A stretch of 63,904 bases of DNA, filler included, from Folioceros fuciformis (Eukaryota): the NCBI GenBank assembly GCA_049999805.1. It is 17 parts of 17 records of this genome, joined end to end, with 100 filler letters (N's around TTAATTAATTAA, not from the genome) between each part and the next. Parts side by side here need not be neighbours in the genome. Positions count along the whole stretch, not along the records: positions 62,420 to 63,904 come from JBNGIO010000551.1; 16 more parts are not named here. The stretch is one strand, 5' to 3'. Shown piece by piece: positions 62,320 to 63,904 of this stretch. Each line of letters begins with the position of its first letter. Within the stretch, counting starts at the first letter, position 1. The notes below the pieces were generated by a model. That model had not been told where the DNA came from. It searched no databases and worked only from the letters and a program-made list of their open reading frames with translations. The position numbers and the translations under genes were made by a program.

Positions 62320-62419
62320 NNNNNNNNNNNNNNNNNNNNNNNNNNNNNNNNNNNNNNNNNNNNTTAATTAATTAANNNNNNNNNNNNNNNNNNNNNNNNN
62401 NNNNNNNNNNNNNNNNNNN

Positions 62420-63497
62420 CCAGCCAGCCCAATTGACTGGCTGGCCGCTGACGACCCGCTCAGCTCAACCACCCCCCTTTGATCCGATACTGGCCGACTG
62501 AATCTGGCCCCAGCTTGAATGGCTTATGCTTCGATTCGCCTGCCTAGCTGCCAGCTTCGATCCATTGCCAGGCCGCCTCGCTGACCCAGCTAGGCCTGTC
62601 TGTCGATCCGGCCTCCTGGCTGCCTGGATCCGCCAACCTCTGTGCTATTGGGTCGCCCGCCGGCGCCTGGGTTGCCTGGCTGCTGCTCAGCAGCCGGCCT
62701 CTGCTGAGCCAGCTCCCTGCCAGGCTGCCTGCAAGGCCTGGCTGCTCCTCAGCTTGCAGGTAGTTCGCAAGGTTGGTTGCTCCTTAGCAGCCTTGCCCGT
62801 CACCTATCCAGCCAAGCCGACTGGAGCCGACTAGCCAGCCGGCCTGGATCCACCATCTGGATCCAACCCAGCCCCTTGCCAGCCAGCCGCGACCAGCGGC
62901 CTATCCTGCCCTGCTCAGCTCCGGCAACAGGCCAGGAGCCCTGCACACTTGGAGCACCAACTGCCCCCACACTGGTGGCCTCTCATCCAGGGATGCCAGC
63001 CAAGTCTCTGCCTGGGATTGCTCCAACGTCCTCTCGTCTCTAGAGTTCTGCCCTCCCTTCACCACGGCTTCTCGTTGGGGGAGCGACACAATCTCCCTGC
63101 ACACTCCCACAATGTGACTTCCGGCCTCCAGCAGGCACGAGTTGAGCTGACGTAGAAGCCACAGTTGAGGGGCTGCTGCCTCCCAGATGGCCAGCTATAG
63201 AGGATCGTAACTCGGATCCCCCCACCCATACGGGCATAGCAGCGTTGCTATACTGCCATGCAGCTCATCAGTCCGCCGTGTTCCAGCTAGCCATCCTTGT
63301 GCACTGCCTGCCCACTCCATGAAACCCCATTCGCCTCCTACTCACAGATCTAGGGCTCCACACACACATCTGAACACCCTCGCCAAGGGGACCTAGACCC
63401 GTGGCCTACCTACCACACATCCCACCAAACCCCTATTGACTCATCGTTAATCTAACCTCTAATCTAACCTAATCTTCTAACCAATCCTCTACGAAAT
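62420..63497. mobile_element. GC-rich non-coding repeat, inverted relative of 50857-52488
   Basis: Shared block noted under 50857-52488 and the same word composition. Confidence 0.55.
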
Positions 63498-63855
63498 TCA
63501 ATCAGAAACCCAAGAAAAAACAAACGCTGCCATTTTCCAGGGGGTTTGTTTGCCATAAGGACTCCACGCCTTCTTGCACCCTGAACACCTGGGCCACTTG
63601 TAGAGATTTGGTCTGAAGGTTAGAGCCCAATTTTCACCCAGTCGGAACCAGCAATCAACCTTTGCTTTATCGGAGGTTTGTAGCCCAATTGGGCGTTCGC
63701 CTGGAGTGCACCATCGCCCTACTTGAACGGACTTACAGAGGATAGTGATAGCCCGCAGTTCCCCTCCGCGGGCTTCCCCGTCATCCTTGCCCTGGTCTTC
63801 CAAAAACCCGTCAAGCGACATGACCTTGAACAACTTCAACTTCTCTTTGCCATCC
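63498..63855 (-). mobile_element. LINE ORF2 remnant related to 37706-37993
   Basis: CWFRLGENWALTFRPNLYKWP versus CWFHMLENWALTLRPDLFRWP. Confidence 0.6.
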
Positions 63856-63857
63856 GT

Positions 63858-63904
63858 AATTAGACTAATCACATTAGTCTAATTAGACTAATCACATTAG
63901 TCTA
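63858..63904. repeat. Tandem hairpin unit TAGACTAAT-cac-ATTAGTCTA x2 (23-bp period) at the window end
   Basis: Perfect 9-bp inverted arms. Similar to ttagactaaacacattagtctaa inside the LTR at ~18695-18717. Confidence 0.7.

Noticed and set aside
17705-62419. Recurrent TTAATTAATTAA palindrome as a biological repeat or CRISPR-like element
   Set aside because: Always flanked by exactly 44 Ns on each side; it is a six-frame-stop assembly linker.

Overview
Land-plant nuclear DNA. A hornwort-like lineage is inferred from very compact genes, 70-190 nt introns and PLS-class PPR proteins with a 'WW'-type PG box. The window is not contiguous: 16 artificial 100-nt spacers (N44-TTAATTAATTAA-N44) join 17 contigs. 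Contig 1 (1-17704) is gene-dense. It holds the 5' part of an EXORDIUM/Phi-1 gene (missed by the ORF track), two divergent paralogous PLS-E+ PPR genes, a small membrane protein with a duplicated first exon, a DTW-domain tRNA acp3U transferase, an atypical ClpC paralogue and pantothenate synthetase (panC). Contig 3 carries an organellar uL1 first exon, plastid SUFB and a decayed MULE-type transposase. The other contigs are nested, mostly broken Ty1/copia, Ty3/gypsy and LINE fragments, tandem repeats and three copies of an unassigned mobile ORF. Top leads: (1) a ClpC copy with both ATPase modules but no ClpP-docking IGF loop and no recognisable N-domain, downstream of a diverged copy of the panC 5' region; (2) a short-LTR copia element carrying an intact antisense coiled-coil/CxxC-CxxC ORF; (3) duplicated, phase-compatible alternative first exons; (4) a multi-copy ~860-codon protein of unknown function. 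All calls are by eye from motifs; no database search was run.
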